Assembly (NCBI RefSeq): GCF_006345805.1
Contig: NC_043002.1
Span: forward strand, 111,910,001 to 111,974,000
Direction of reading: 5' to 3'
Length of the DNA stretch: 64,000 nt
From: Octopus sinensis
Lineage: Eukaryota
This document shows positions 25,535 to 40,010 of the stretch, in pieces (the first letter of the stretch is position 1; each line of letters opens with the position of its first letter). The notes under the pieces were generated by a model. It made no database searches. It was not told the origin of the DNA and was given only the letters and a program-made list of their open reading frames with translations. The translations under genes and the position numbers were made by a program.

Positions 25535-25700
25535 TGACAACCGGCGTTGATGTGTTTACGTTCCCGTAACATTTGGGTTCGACAAAAGAGAACCCAGGCT
25601 GATTAAAAAATAAGTCCTGGGGTTGATTAGTTCGATTAAAACCCTTTAAAATGGTGCCCCAACATGACCACAGTTAGATGACGAAAGATAAAAGATATGA
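25535..25700 (+). mobile_element. Old SINE B-like 3' half
   Basis: ttgacaaccggcgttgatgtgtttacg...tggtgccccaacatgaccacag. Confidence 0.6.
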
Positions 25701-26168
25701 GTTTTGGCAGTAAGATGCGATCTATCAGCGAATCGGCCGCAATTCCAAGCAAGACAAGCAAAGTTAACAGGGATGGTAGTTTGATGGGGCTTTAGATAAA
25801 ATGGCCGGTCGCTATTTACGTAAATTATAGGTGACACTTCGGTACGTGTTCATTATATAATGCTTTTTGCCTTTTTTTTTGTTTATCTTTCACGGTTTTC
25901 ATATTTCTGTAGTTTGAACTTCAACCATTCAAATTGTTTCATTCATTGACATTTATTTAATTAATTATTAATTTATTTTTTAAACAATGTAAATAGTACT
26001 TTTAAAAACACAATAATATGGAATTTCAGTCCAATGTTTCATAAATGTTATTTAATAACTCGGATAATGAACTCGAAATTCTTGTAATAGCTGAACTAGT
26101 TTTCGAAATAAAGGCAGCAATGGTGAGCTCAATAATCATAACATTCTTAATGTACTTTGTTAGGCAGC

Positions 26169-26558
26169 GTGGAGGCGCAATGGCCCAGTGGTTAGGGCAG
26201 CGGACTCGCGGTCGTAGGATCGCGGTTTCGATTCCCACACCGGGCGTTGTGAGTGTTTATTGAGCGAAAACACCTAAAAACTCCACGAGCATCCGGCAGG
26301 GGATGGTGGTGATCCCTGCTGTACTCTTTCACCACAACTTTCTCTCACTCTTACTTCCTGTTTCTGTTGTACCTGTATTTCAAAGGGCCGGCCTTGTCAT
26401 CTCTGTGTCACGCTGAATATCCCCGAAAACTACGTTAAGGGTACACGTGTCTGTGGAGTGCTCAGCCACTTACACGTTAATTTCACGAGCAGGCTGTTCC
26501 GTTGATTCGGATCAACCGGAACCCTCGTCGTCGAAACCGACGGAGTGCTTCTATTCCA
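26169..26558 (+). mobile_element. SINE family A inserted at the head of an older SINE C
   Basis: TSD tgttaggcagc (26158-26168) / tgttaagcagc (26559-26569). Confidence 0.95.
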
Positions 26559-26559
26559 T

Positions 26560-26750
26560 GTTAAGCAGCGAGCTGGTGGAATCATTTGTACGCCGGGCAA
26601 AATGCTTTGCGGCATTTACTCCGTCCTTACGTCATGAGTTCAAATTCCGCCGAAGTCGACCTTACTTTCATCCATTCCGGATAAATAAAAATAAGTTGCA
26701 GTTGAGCAATGAGGTCGATATAATCGCCTTATCCCTTAACCTGAAATTTT
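26560..26750 (+). mobile_element. Diverged SINE family C (tail ii-like)
   Basis: gcagcgagctgg...gagttcaaattccgccgaagtcgac. Confidence 0.7.
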
Positions 26751-26756
26751 TAATTC

Positions 26757-26975
26757 TTTATTGCCCACAAGGGGCTAAACACAGAGGGGACAAACAAGAA
26801 CAGACAAACGGATTAAGTCGATTATATCGACCCCAGTAACTGGTACTTATTTAATCGACCCCGAAAGGATGAAAGGCAAGGTCGACCTCGGCGGAATTTG
26901 AACTCAGAACGTAGCGGCAGACGAAATACCGCTAAGAATTTCGCCCGGTGTGCTAACGTTTCTGCCAGCTCGCCT
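26757..26975 (-). mobile_element. SINE family C (tail i)
   Basis: Matches 44211-44443. Confidence 0.9.
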
Positions 26976-27168
26976 TACCCTGAAATTGGTGGTCTTCTGT
27001 CAAAATTTAAAACCATTATATATGTGTGTGTGTGTGTATGTCTGTGTCTATGTGGTTGAGAAGCAAGCTTCTCACACACAGATACCCTTATGTATATACC
27101 TGCGTGTGTGTGTGTGTGTGTGTATGTGTGTGTGTATGTGTTTGTGCCCCCGCCACCTCTTGACAACC

Positions 27169-27358
27169 GCCATGCCCGAGTCTGGAGATGCTTTTCAGCA
27201 GAGTCATTCGTTCCGTCCATTATATATTGGATCATTTCATCCGTTAAAAACTCATAGATTTCCAATGGCGAAATTCCATGTTCAAGGTATGCCTTTATGC
27301 CGGACGTACCAGCAAACCCATGCCATCGGACGAAATTATCTCTTGCTCACCACATGAC
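27169..27358 (-). mobile_element. 190-bp copy of the piggyBac relic segment 29955-30142, embedded among SINE B pieces
   Basis: About 3 substitutions and one 2-bp insertion versus 29955-30142. Confidence 0.9.
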
Positions 27359-27647
27359 GGTGCCACGCAGTAGGACTGAACCCAGGGCTATGTGGTTGAG
27401 AAGCAAAAATTTCAAATGCTGAAAATTCCAAATGCTGTCGTTTCAGTTTACTGAATATGTAATTGCAAACATATACTTACACACTTCAAATACAATCGCT
27501 ATGTTTTATACAAAAAAAGATAAAGATATTTGTTTTTAAGTAGGAAGCAGCTGTACATTCTCTAACTTTCATCAGCCTCTGATTAAGGGAATAAATGGGG
27601 TCTTTTTAAACAGATTCTGACTTTCTGATATTCAGAGCATAAGAATT

Positions 27648-28056
27648 ACTCTTTTACTCATTTACTCGTTTCAGTCATTTGACTGCGGCCATGCTGGAGC
27701 ACCGCCTTTAGTCGAGCAAATCGACCCCGGGACTTATTCTTTGTAAGCCCAGTACTTATTCTATCAGTCTCTTTTGCCGAACCGCTAAGTGATGGGGACG
27801 TAAACACACCAGCATCGGTTGTCAAGCAATGCTAGAGGGACAAACACAGACGCACAAACACACACACATACATATATATATATATACATATATACGACGG
27901 GCTTCTTTCAGTTTCCGTCTACCAAATCCACTCACAAGGCATTGGTCGGCCCGGGGCTATAGCAGAAGACACTTGCCCAAGATGCCACGCAGTGGGACTG
28001 AACCCGGAACCATGTGGTTGTTTAGCAAGCTACTTACCACACAGCCACTCCTGCAC
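27648..28056 (-). mobile_element. SINE family B
   Basis: Full length. Confidence 0.95.
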
Positions 28057-28519
28057 TTTAATTTTTTTTAAATGCGAATAAAAATCTTGGTAGTGAGTTT
28101 TAAAAATCCACACATAAACGAAGATATGGCACAATCTCTACTAGAGTTTTTGCAAGCCAACAAGGAACCCCAATGCACTTGCATGGCATGCTAAAAATAG
28201 CAGCCAAATTTGTTCCATAGCACACAGAACTATTTTTTAAAATGTAGCACAATGTATGATGAAGTACTAAATACTTTTTGAAAAAGTGTTGGATGTTGAC
28301 ATCTGAAAAGCTTTTGATCGTCGATTTGTTTGATCAGTGTTGATCTGAGAGTTTGGAGTGATTCTTTAAATAATTATATATAATTATTGTTACCAATTTC
28401 TTTGAAATATATTATTATTCCCCCGAATAGTGACATAGTTACTCGGCCTTTCTTTGACTAAAGTTAATTTGTCTTTCACCCAATTGTTTTCCACGAAAAC
28501 GTCTTTCTATTTACATCAA

Positions 28520-30618
<2,099 letters not shown>

Positions 30619-31044
30619 TTAATGTAAGATATCAAAAGTTCTCATAAATCAATCCTATTACACTGTTTACACTGAAAATAACAACAACAAATAGCTATCT
30701 ACGACCACAACAATCACAAACGACTATAAACGTAACATAATCCGAATAGTCAGCACAATGACATCAGTAGCAGGTTTCCATAGTAGTATAGGCAGAAAAT
30801 ATTCAGTTAATTTCGATTCCATAGAGTCTTGTGAAAGCTATGAAATCTAAAACAAACGTGCAACTCAAAACAAAAATCATTCTTTTTTACGTCGCTTTAG
30901 ATTATTCAACCATAATTGTATATTGTACTTCATACATTGTGATAGTGTTTATAATAATAATATACCAAAGATTTGATCACATGAACATTCCAGCACTGAA
31001 GTCATGTGCTAACACAAATTAAATGTATCCATATAGTCGCGGAG

Positions 31045-31115
31045 TGCGTTCGATGTAGAGTAGTGGTAAGCTCTCAGCAAGCAGTGTCAGAATCTCAGGT
31101 TCGATTCCTCGTCCT
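31045..31115 (+). mobile_element. Isolated tRNA-like (Pol III) SINE head
   Basis: A-box tagagtagtgg and B-box ggttcgattcc; no acceptor stem found. Confidence 0.4.
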
Positions 31116-32014
31116 GACATTCCTTGTTTTTCTTTGTAATATCAAGTATAAACAAATATCATAAAGCGAGATGTTCTCTGCGATGCTGCTTTAACTTCGA
31201 CATAGAAGATGGAGTTGTCTATGGTGACCCAATGACTTGTTAGTAATTACGAATCGTGTTCAATTCCTGTCAGGAATGTCTTCACTATACACTTTCTGGA
31301 AATTACGAGAAAACATGTCCGTCTTTTTTAGTTTCATTTTAATGGGAAGAATGGCAAATGAGACTCAGACGCGATGGGAGTGATAGAGGTAGATGTATAA
31401 GCAGTGAGATGATTTGGATTAGTTATTACACCCAGAGAAGCAGTGAAGGTACAAAGGTTCTTCTTTCAGACACATTACACTCTACTTCATCACACAGCAA
31501 ACGGAGAATATAGTTTTACAAGGGATACGAATTATTTTGAGTGACGCCAATAAGTATAGATTTACCTATCATCCCCGCAACTCATTGAATGAGGTCCTTA
31601 ATGTTTAAAGAGTACTTTATTGCATGATGTATTTGAGCTACATATAAAGTGAGTAAATGCGTTAGAGGTGACTGTTACTTCCCCTTCTTCACAAACACTC
31701 GGTTAAGGAGAATGCAGGATCTACCAATATATTATCAGATACTGTTAGGCCCCGAAACATACGGCGACCGGAAAACCACAAACATTCACCGTGGTCCATT
31801 AAAGATCTAATTGTGGTTTTGTTGCAACCTCTCTACTCTTCCCTTCAGTCCAGCGTTCATTTTCTTTCTCATGTTTAAGAGTATGTGCTTTAACAACGCT
31901 ACCTTAGTCTCTTACGGCGAAGAAATAGTTTTAAGAACGTCGGCTTCTAATCGTCTCTTTAAATCTATTGTTCTTTATCGCTACTCCTTTACTATACCTT
32001 ATAGAATATATTCT

Positions 32015-32398
32015 GTGGAGGCGCAATGGCCCAGTGGTTAGGGCAGCGGACTCGCGGTCGTAGGATCGCGGTTTCGATTCCCAGACCGGGCGTTGTGAGT
32101 GTTTATTGAGCGAAAACACCTAAAGCTCCACGAGGTTCCGGCAGGGGATGGTGGTGATCCCTGCTGTACTCTTTCACCACAACTTTCTCTCACTCTTACT
32201 TCCTGTTTCTGTTGTACCTGTATTTCAAAGGGCCGGCCTTGTCACTCTCTGTGTCACGCTGAATATCCCCGAGAACTACGTTAAGGGTATACGTGTCTGT
32301 GGAGTGCTCAGCCACTTACACGTTAATTTCACGAGCAGGCTGTTCCGTTGATTCGGATCAACCGGAACCCTCATCGTCGTAACCGACGGAGTGCTTCC
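32015..32398 (+). mobile_element. SINE family A
   Basis: TSD agaatatattc at 32003-32013 and 32403-32413. Confidence 0.95.
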
Positions 32399-33009
32399 TT
32401 CCAGAATATATTCCAATAGCTCCCTTCAGAAAGTACCCACCAACAGTTGTTGGCGATTGCCTCTATCAAATTCCGATTAACTAATTTACTAATACAGTCG
32501 ATCTAAGCGTTACCTGCCAGGAACGATGCTTTAAGCTAGTAGAGGCTGGGCTCTTAATCGAGGTTATCCATAATGATCACCAACACGCAAATTGTGTAAC
32601 CGACCAGCTGTACATACAGTACTACCCACGAAGTCATCACATATTGTAGACTTGCGAGGCGGTCCTCTGCAGAGATCTATCCGCTGCTGCCTTAGCGAGG
32701 AGTTGGTCGATACCCTCCCTTCCTGTTTTTGTATGTCTTTGTTGTTTTATTTTACACACGTCATTAGCTCTCACTGTCTCAATATTTACCTTTCAGAGGA
32801 CAATAAAGTTAAAGAGTATGTCCGTGTGTTTTTTGTAGGTGTTTTGATTTATTTACTCATTTATCTATTTTATTTATTTACTCACACTGATTTTTCTTTG
32901 TAGTGGCTTTTAAATCTGGTTAGTATACACACTTCGTTACTCGTAATCATTTCGAAACTTGACCATATTTTGAAAATGTTTTTGACGACAAAAATATATA
33001 TGTATAATG

Positions 33010-33057
<48 letters not shown>

Positions 33058-33134
33058 TCCGAGGAAGGGAGGGGGAGGTAACAAGCTCGAAAGAAGCAAT
33101 GTCCGGCCACTTACAATAAAGTACTTGAAGGTGT

Positions 33135-33195
33135 ACATACACACACACACACACGCATGTGTGTTTGTGTGTGTGTATAGATATAGATAGATAGA

Positions 33196-33233
<38 letters not shown>

Positions 33234-33350
33234 AAGAGGTAGGTAGGTAGGTAAGTAGGTAGGTAGGTAGGTAGGTAGGTAGGTAGGTAGGTAGGTAGGT
33301 AGGTAGGTAGGTAGGTAGGTGGGTGGGTAGGTAGATAGCTGAATGGATGG
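33135..33350. repeat. Compound (CA)/(GATA)/(GA)/(GGTA) microsatellite
   Basis: Direct reading. Confidence 0.9.
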
Positions 33351-33702
33351 ATAGGTCAAAGAGAAAATACTTTCAAAGCTTATGGAACAAGAGTAAAAAT
33401 TATACATCTTTTATGTAAATAATCAGCGACCGGTTTCGATCGCTTTAAAAAGACAATTTAGTCATGCTAAAGGGAAAATTAAGTGAAATAAATTAAATTA
33501 ATCTTTCATAATATGATTTCTGGTAGGTTACATGTATTCTTTACATGGTGCTCGTATTTCGCTTCCTTCTGACTGCTGCAGGGTAGTAGTAGCAAGAGTA
33601 GTGGATGTTAGTAAAAGAGGAAACAAATAGGGTTGTTAGTGGCAGCAGATAAGGCAGTCGTTGTTACTAGCTAGTAAGGAATTACAACCGTTTTTCGTGG
33701 TC

Positions 33703-33940
33703 TGCTACCACAACAGCTCCTTTATAGGATCCAGTTAGCTCAAGACATCATCAGGAGGAACCACGTCCGGTTTCGACCCCTACTCCTCTACTGTTTTGAC
33801 GTGACGGGACCCCCCTCCTTTTCGGAGGTGTCTTCAGCTCTGATGTTAGGTGCATGTTTCTTTCTTCGTCTTTCTTCTGTTCCCTGGCCTCTTCGATGTA
33901 TCGTCAGCGAGTGTCAGCCGGTGAATGACTGACTTGTCAA
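33703..33940. repeat. Unclassified GC-richer dispersed repeat, copy 1
   Basis: High identity to 36602-36820, which lacks ~22 bp between two agctc direct repeats. Confidence 0.85.
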
Positions 33941-34185
33941 CTTTTTCCTTTTAAATACGTGCCGCTAGGCTCCAGCAGGTTGTCACGCGACACTGTCTCA
34001 CCTTAACTGACTAGTGAAGGCGCGTAGTCTTAGCCCGCGCATTCTCTAAACGACCGTCACCTGTCAGTCAGCGAAACTGATTCAGTGTCAGCTTGTCTCA
34101 CCTAATGATGTTATTTCCCGCCGACGTGTTATGACTTTCAAGCCTTTTTTTTGGTGACTTTAGCAAAATTTGCAGTGTTGTTGGC

Positions 34186-34186
<1 letters not shown>

Positions 34187-34228
<42 letters not shown>

Positions 34229-34245
34229 TCTCGCTCTCCCTCTCC

Positions 34246-34279
<34 letters not shown>

Positions 34280-34427
34280 TCATTTTTTGTTAATCACTCA
34301 TTCTCATTTAATTGTATATATTTTAATTGTTTGTTTATTCATATGTTTCATCTCATTCGATACCCTGACCCCAACGTTTGTTTTGTCCCCCCTTTTTCTC
34401 AACCTTATGGTGAATAAAGAAATACTC

Positions 34428-34467
<40 letters not shown>

Positions 34468-34468
34468 C
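34187..34468. repeat. (CT)n microsatellites
   Basis: Direct reading. Confidence 0.9.
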
Positions 34469-35222
34469 TATTTAAATGTGATGGAAATTTGGTTATGAAT
34501 GGTATTTCCTTTTAAATTTGTTGATGTAGAATTATGTAATCGCTAAATTGATACAAAGGGAAAATTGTAAAATTTTGTTATTTTTTACCAGCACACGGCT
34601 CTGTTCATTAAGTTTTATTTGTTTGTATTCCCAAGTACAAATTTACGATCTATGCAGAATCATACGATGTCATAAAGTGTTTCTCGTTTTTCCAATGTAA
34701 TGTTTTCTACATTCTGAGTATGCTATTGCATGCATTAGGTTTTCAGGTGCACGCGTGAAGTTATTTTTTATTGTGAATTGTATTTGCTTGAAACGGAGCA
34801 CTAATCCTTCTGTCAGACTAAAACATGTACTACAGTTGGTTCTTATACATTTTTGACCGATGGCGTTGTTGTTAGTGTAAGAAGTTTGATCTTTTACATT
34901 GATTTACCTTATCCTTTGCTCTTTATGACCTCTGGAAGATTTGGTTCAGCCTGAGGTCCACTTTTAGCATCGGTATGCTTTGAGAATATGATGTTGTAGG
35001 CCTCATTGTTTGGGGGATTGCTAGGTGGAAATGAATGGTAGGACCTTCAACAAGAAAATTATATATATAATGGGGAGGGCAAAACTATAATTAAGGTGTA
35101 TAAAAAATAGGGGAAATGCCGAAATACAGATACATTTTACAAGACATACATACACGCATAAACACATAAAATATATATGTATGTGTGTGTGTCTGTGCCT
35201 ATATGTGTGCCTGTGTGTATAT

Positions 35223-35437
35223 ACTCTTTACTCTTTTACTCTTTTACTTGTTTCAGTCATTTGACTGCGGCCATGCTGGAGCACCGCCTTTAGTCGAGCA
35301 AATCGACTCCGGGACTTATTATTTGTAAGCCGAGTACTTATTCTATCGGTCTCTTTTGCCGAACCGCTAAGTGACGGGGACGTAAACACACCAGCATCGG
35401 TTGTCAAGCAATGCTAGGGGGACAAACACAGACACAA

Positions 35438-35524
<87 letters not shown>

Positions 35525-35681
35525 TACGACAGGCTTCTTTCAGTTTCCGTCTACCAAATCCACTCACAAGGCATTGGTCGGCCCGGGGCTATAGCAGAAG
35601 ACACTTGCTGCTCAAGATGCCACGCAGTAGGACTGAACCCGGAACCATGTGGTTGGTTAGCAAGCTACTTACCACACAGCC
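35223..35681 (-). mobile_element. SINE family B with a long internal (TA)n
   Basis: Head truncated by a few bp. Confidence 0.95.
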
Positions 35682-35719
35682 AAATGTATGCATATATATT
35701 AATAAACCAACGGAAAGCA

Positions 35720-36390
35720 CCTACATAGTAATAAGAATCCACGAACTACGTAAGTTCAGAGTACTCTAAAAATCCGACCATCTTCAGGTATGCTTCACCT
35801 GTATTTCCGAAAGAGCTCGTGAACATCTCCAGGAGTTCTTCCATTCCTTCTTTAGTTGTGTGTATCCTGATGTTTTATTAATAGTTCCCTTTCTGCTTCC
35901 TTAAAATCATTCTGCTTATCTATCAGTCTAATGCTGGCGATATTGAGGGCCATCATTCCTTTACAACAGGAAGGGATTTTTTGTTTTGTTGCTTTCCCGA
36001 CAATTGTCCACTCCTTCCCAAGTTTTGTTTCGTCCCCATCATAGCAAAGCAATGATTTGATAAGGCGGCGAGCTGGCAGAACCGTTAGCACGCCAGGCGA
36101 AATGCGTAACCGTATTTCGTCTGCCGTTACGTTCTGAGTTCAAATTCCGCCGAGGTCGACTTTGCCTTTCATCCTTTCGGGGTCGATAAATTAAGTACCA
36201 GTTACGCACTGGGGTCGATGTAATCGACTTAATTCGTTTGTCTGTCCTTGTTTGTCCCCTCTATGTTTAGCCCCTTGTGGGTAATAAAGAAACATAGCAA
36301 AGCAATGATTTGATACTTTCGGTAATGAATCCACACACCTCCGTCCTGAGGGTGGGTGCCCCTCACATTTTTGTACTCCAACTAACACAC
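35720..36390 (-). pseudogene. Unassigned coding-like relic (possibly a retroelement ORF1), split by a SINE C
   Basis: After SINE removal: GAPTLRTEVCGFITESIKSLLCYDGDETKLGKEW...ELLIKH; after a frameshift IRIHTTKEGMEELLEMFTSSFGNTGEAYLKMVGFLEY. Family not recognised. Confidence 0.35.
36063..36292 (+). mobile_element. SINE family C (tail i) with a 23-bp TSD
   Basis: TSD catagcaaagcaatgatttgata at 36040-36062 and 36293-36315. Confidence 0.95.
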
Positions 36391-36601
36391 ACTTTCATAT
36401 ATCTCGATTCGGTCAATGGAGCATACATCATGCTAAGGTTTCTTCTAATTGCGCCGCCATTAAAGACATAAGGAAACGCCTTTCATTTTCTAAAAAACAG
36501 ATGTCTGTTATTTACTTCCTTTTCTTTTTTCCGATGAAATCGCCAAGCAAGAAGACGCAGACGTTTGTGACGTATCTCTCCGGAGTTTTTTCTTCCAGAG
36601 G

Positions 36602-36820
36602 CTGCTACCACAACAGCTCAAGACATCATCAGGAGGAACCACGTCCGGTTTCGGCCCCTACTCCTCTACCGTTTTGACGTGACGGGACCCCCCCTCCCTT
36701 TCGGAGGTGTCTTCAGCTCTGGTGTTGGGTGCATGTCTTCTTTCTTCGTCTTTCTTCTGTTCCCTGGCCTCTTCGATGTATCGTCAGCGAGTGTCAGCCG
36801 GTGAATGGCTGACTTGTCAA
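36602..36820. repeat. Unclassified GC-richer dispersed repeat, copy 2
   Basis: See 33703-33940; followed by (GAA)n at 36820-36950. Confidence 0.85.
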
Positions 36821-37108
36821 GAAGAAGAAGAAGAAGAAGAAGAAGAAGAAGAAGAAGAAGAAGAAGAAGAAAAAGAAGAAGAAGAGGTGGAAGAAGAAGA
36901 AGAAGGAAGAGAAGAAGAAGAAGAAGAAGAAGGAGGAGGAGGAGGAGGAGTTTTTTCTTCCAGAGGCTGAGACATGCCCATGTTTGTCCAGGATGTGCAA
37001 AGCCTGCAGACGACATGTTGTCGATGTTGCTTTTGTTTTCAAAGTTAATATTTCCTCCAATTTTCTTTGTTTAAGTGTGATAGTATTTACAAACGTTTTT
37101 GTTACTGC

Positions 37109-37141
<33 letters not shown>

Positions 37142-37886
37142 TTTTACTTTTCATCTGTTTTCGTTGCTGTGGGGATTTTTTGTTTCGATATTTTCACGGT
37201 TTTCCAAAATTTTCAGACTTATATTTGCTGCTACAACAGTTGTACGCTGTACGTCTTCCGGCTCTCAGAGTGCCAACTTGAATAACAAGCAATAAAATAT
37301 TTGTACAAATACAAAAAAATGTTTACTTTCCCATCCCAGAGTAATATGGCGGACGTTCAAAGGTTCTAAAACCATTTTTCAGTGAACTTGTTAAAATTTC
37401 ATTCTTTCTAGGAGCGGTGTGAAAGATGCTCCTTCATCACAAACAGCAAGAAGAAGAAGAAGAAAGCTTCCTAAGAAGTCTGGTATTGAACAGAGAAGTT
37501 ACACAGAGACGATGAAATGGTGGAAGTCGTTATACAATATGTAAAAGAACAAAGAGAAAATTTATAAAACAAAAATGTGCGCTACAGGAAATAAATTTTA
37601 AAAAATAGTACGATAAGCTATATAATGATTAAAGTAGAAATGAAATTGCCACTAGCTTTACTCTGGGCACCCACATTCCATTTCACGCTTCCACCACGGC
37701 TCCCTCTGACGTTGTTTAGCGTTGGAGATTCTAAACTTTTCAGAAAGTTTTTTTTTTTTTTTTTGTTATACTGAGCAAATGATGAACCACGTCTTCTGGA
37801 CCGTTGAAAAGTAATATTTTCGTAAAATCTGTCTGAATTGAAACTATTATTCTGCTGTTTAAAATGTGATTACATTTCCTTCTCAG

Positions 37887-37935
37887 ACCCTACTGTGTTT
37901 GGATTTCCTTTTATGTTGTGTAGGAGTTTTTATAG
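37887..37935 (+). CDS. Candidate exon (49 nt, phase 0 to 1): TLLCLDFLLCCVGVFI
   Basis: Acceptor catttccttctcag; weak donor AG|GTTTCA; phase-compatible with 40167-40221. Confidence 0.25.
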
Positions 37936-37980
37936 GTTTCATTTATTTTCCCGTTGAATCTTCTTTTGTTTTATTTGATA

Positions 37981-38367
37981 CTAGCAGTATCGCCCGGTGT
38001 TCCTCGGGTTTGTAAGGGAAATAACTATATAAGCATTTTTAGAGATGTAAAGTATAATAGCCATCTCAATATGGCTAACCACAAAGGGGGGTGTTACTGT
38101 AGCTTTTTAAGTTCTGAGATTCAATAATAATTTTTTAGAGAGTTACTTCCCTTATATATGCCAAAAATGCATTAAAAATGGGAAAAATTGATGGTAATTT
38201 TTTTTTTTAATCGTAGACTCATCGTAGACGCACGCTAATACCCAGAAGGGCTCGATATGAATCACAACTATAAGATACCCGGTTTTGGTTAAACTGCACC
38301 GCAAAATGTGGGAGTAGTTAGGAATCTAAATCGTAGGAGACAGACAGCACACAACCTCACATAAAGA
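37981..38367 (-). mobile_element. Non-autonomous Helitron
   Basis: A|TC at 38368/38367; hairpin at ~37993-38008; CTAG|T at 37984-37980. Confidence 0.85.
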
Positions 38368-38369
38368 TG

Positions 38370-38745
38370 TAGGGGTTGAGAAACTTAGCTTCATCTTCCA
38401 TAATTTATTTTTTTGCATTTCCTCCGGAGAAAATTTTTAGACGGATTGCTGAATGTATGTGGACGGGTTTTACTTCCATATACGTAACAACTGGGTTTTC
38501 TACCTTGGATGCTGAGCTTCAAGGGCTTCCTCTCGGCACAGGACATAGTTTTACTATTGTTCTGTCTTCTTGCGGAGTTAGATGCTACATCTGCGCTTAC
38601 CACTTGCCTCACATGTACTACGGAGTCAACTACTAACCAGAGGTCGACACCATTACTAATATCCCTGATGGTAACACTTGTGTTCCTCCTTCACAAATAC
38701 TACTGAACCAGCTTATGAATAGATGTAACGAATACCATTTGCGCT
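38370..38745 (-). pseudogene. Possible LINE ORF1 relic with a degenerate zinc knuckle
   Basis: ORF 38391..38612 contains LSIQGRKPSCYVYGSKTRPHTF, resembling a decayed G-R-x-P-x-C-x2-C-x4-H-x4-C motif. Confidence 0.35.
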
Positions 38746-38761
38746 TAGGTTTTCACCCCAT

Positions 38762-38992
38762 TCTTTCTCTTTTTTCTCTTTTACTTGCTTCAGTCATTTG
38801 ACTGCGGCCATGCTGGAGCACCGCCTTTAATCGAGCAACTCGACCCAGGGACTTATTCTTTATAAGCCCAGTACTTATTCTATCGGTCTCTTTTGCCGAA
38901 CCGCTAAGTAACGGGGACATAAACACACCAGCATCGGTTGTCAAGCAATGCTAGGGGGACAAACACAGACACATACACACACATACATATAT

Positions 38993-39026
<34 letters not shown>

Positions 39027-39190
39027 CGACAGGCTTCTTTCAGTTTCCGTCTACCAAATCCACTCACAAGGCTTTGGTCGGCCCGAGGCTATAGTAGAAG
39101 ACACTTGCCGAAGGTGCCACGCAGTGGGACTGAACCCGGAACCATGTGGTCGGTAAACAAGCTACTTACCACACAGCCACTCCTGCGCCT
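38762..39190 (-). mobile_element. SINE family B
   Basis: Full length. Confidence 0.95.
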
Positions 39191-39434
39191 TTTAAAAGTG
39201 ATGCATACAGTACTATATTCTCTTCCCCTCCCAATGAATGATGTTTCACTTTACATGTGCCAGGGATCAGAAAAGCAGGTGTATTTTCTGAAAGAGATAT
39301 CGATACATTTCTCTTCTGTAATTGATTATAGAATGCTGGGTTTAGTTCGATGTACAAAATATGACCATACTTTCAATCATTCGGAGAAATGTTTTGTTTT
39401 CCATTTTATCGTCGACGTTCGTATCTGAAGCGCT

Positions 39435-40010
39435 ACGTACATGACTATCTTGGGGCATACATATCATCATCTGGAAAAGACTTTCTAACTAGAAAGGGTA
39501 TGGCCTGGTCAGCCTGTAATGACATGCATAAGATATGGTCATCAAATCTAAGTAGAGATTTCAAACTTGAAATCTTCAAAGCCACAGTTGAACCAATTCT
39601 ACTATATGGCTCAGAAACCTGGACGTTATCAAAGAAGCTTGAGAGGCGGTTGGATGGAACCTACACTCGCCTCCTTATGAGAGCTCAAAATCTCTCGTGG
39701 AAGCGCCATCCAACCAAAATGCAAATATATGGGAAACTACCACCTGTGTCATCTCTTGTGAAAGGTAGAAGAGTCCAGTTTGCTGGACATTGTTGTAGAG
39801 CTGAAAAAGAAGTAATTTCTACTCTTCTCCTCTGGAAGCCATCTATTCGCAATACCAGAGGGCGCATACTCTCCTACTCTGATGTAATCTCCAGGGATAC
39901 AAGCATCCAACAACAGGACCTCCGTAATGCCATGATGGACCGTGAAGTCTGGCGTAGCATGGTAAATTCCATTGTCTCGACCACGGTCGAACAATGATGA
40001 TGATGATGAC
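39435..40010 (+). mobile_element. 5'-truncated RTE-clade LINE, C-terminal ORF2 intact
   Basis: ORF 39389..39997: DYLGAYI, ATVEPILLYGSETWTL, RLDGTYTRLL, RRVQFAGHC, RGR..SY.D; (GAT)n tail at 39995-40008. Confidence 0.9.

Noticed and set aside
32592-32903. 103-aa ORF in a GC-richer patch
   Set aside because: No recognisable domain or consistent splice signals; possibly an old TE relic.
33424-33470. Additional hammerhead (gatcgaaaccggtc on the minus strand)
   Set aside because: The CUGANGA half is not recognisable; at best a decayed relic.
33701-33712. tggtagcag as an LTR primer-binding site
   Set aside because: It lies inside both repeat copies, and no TG...CA LTR boundaries could be defined; kept only as a note.
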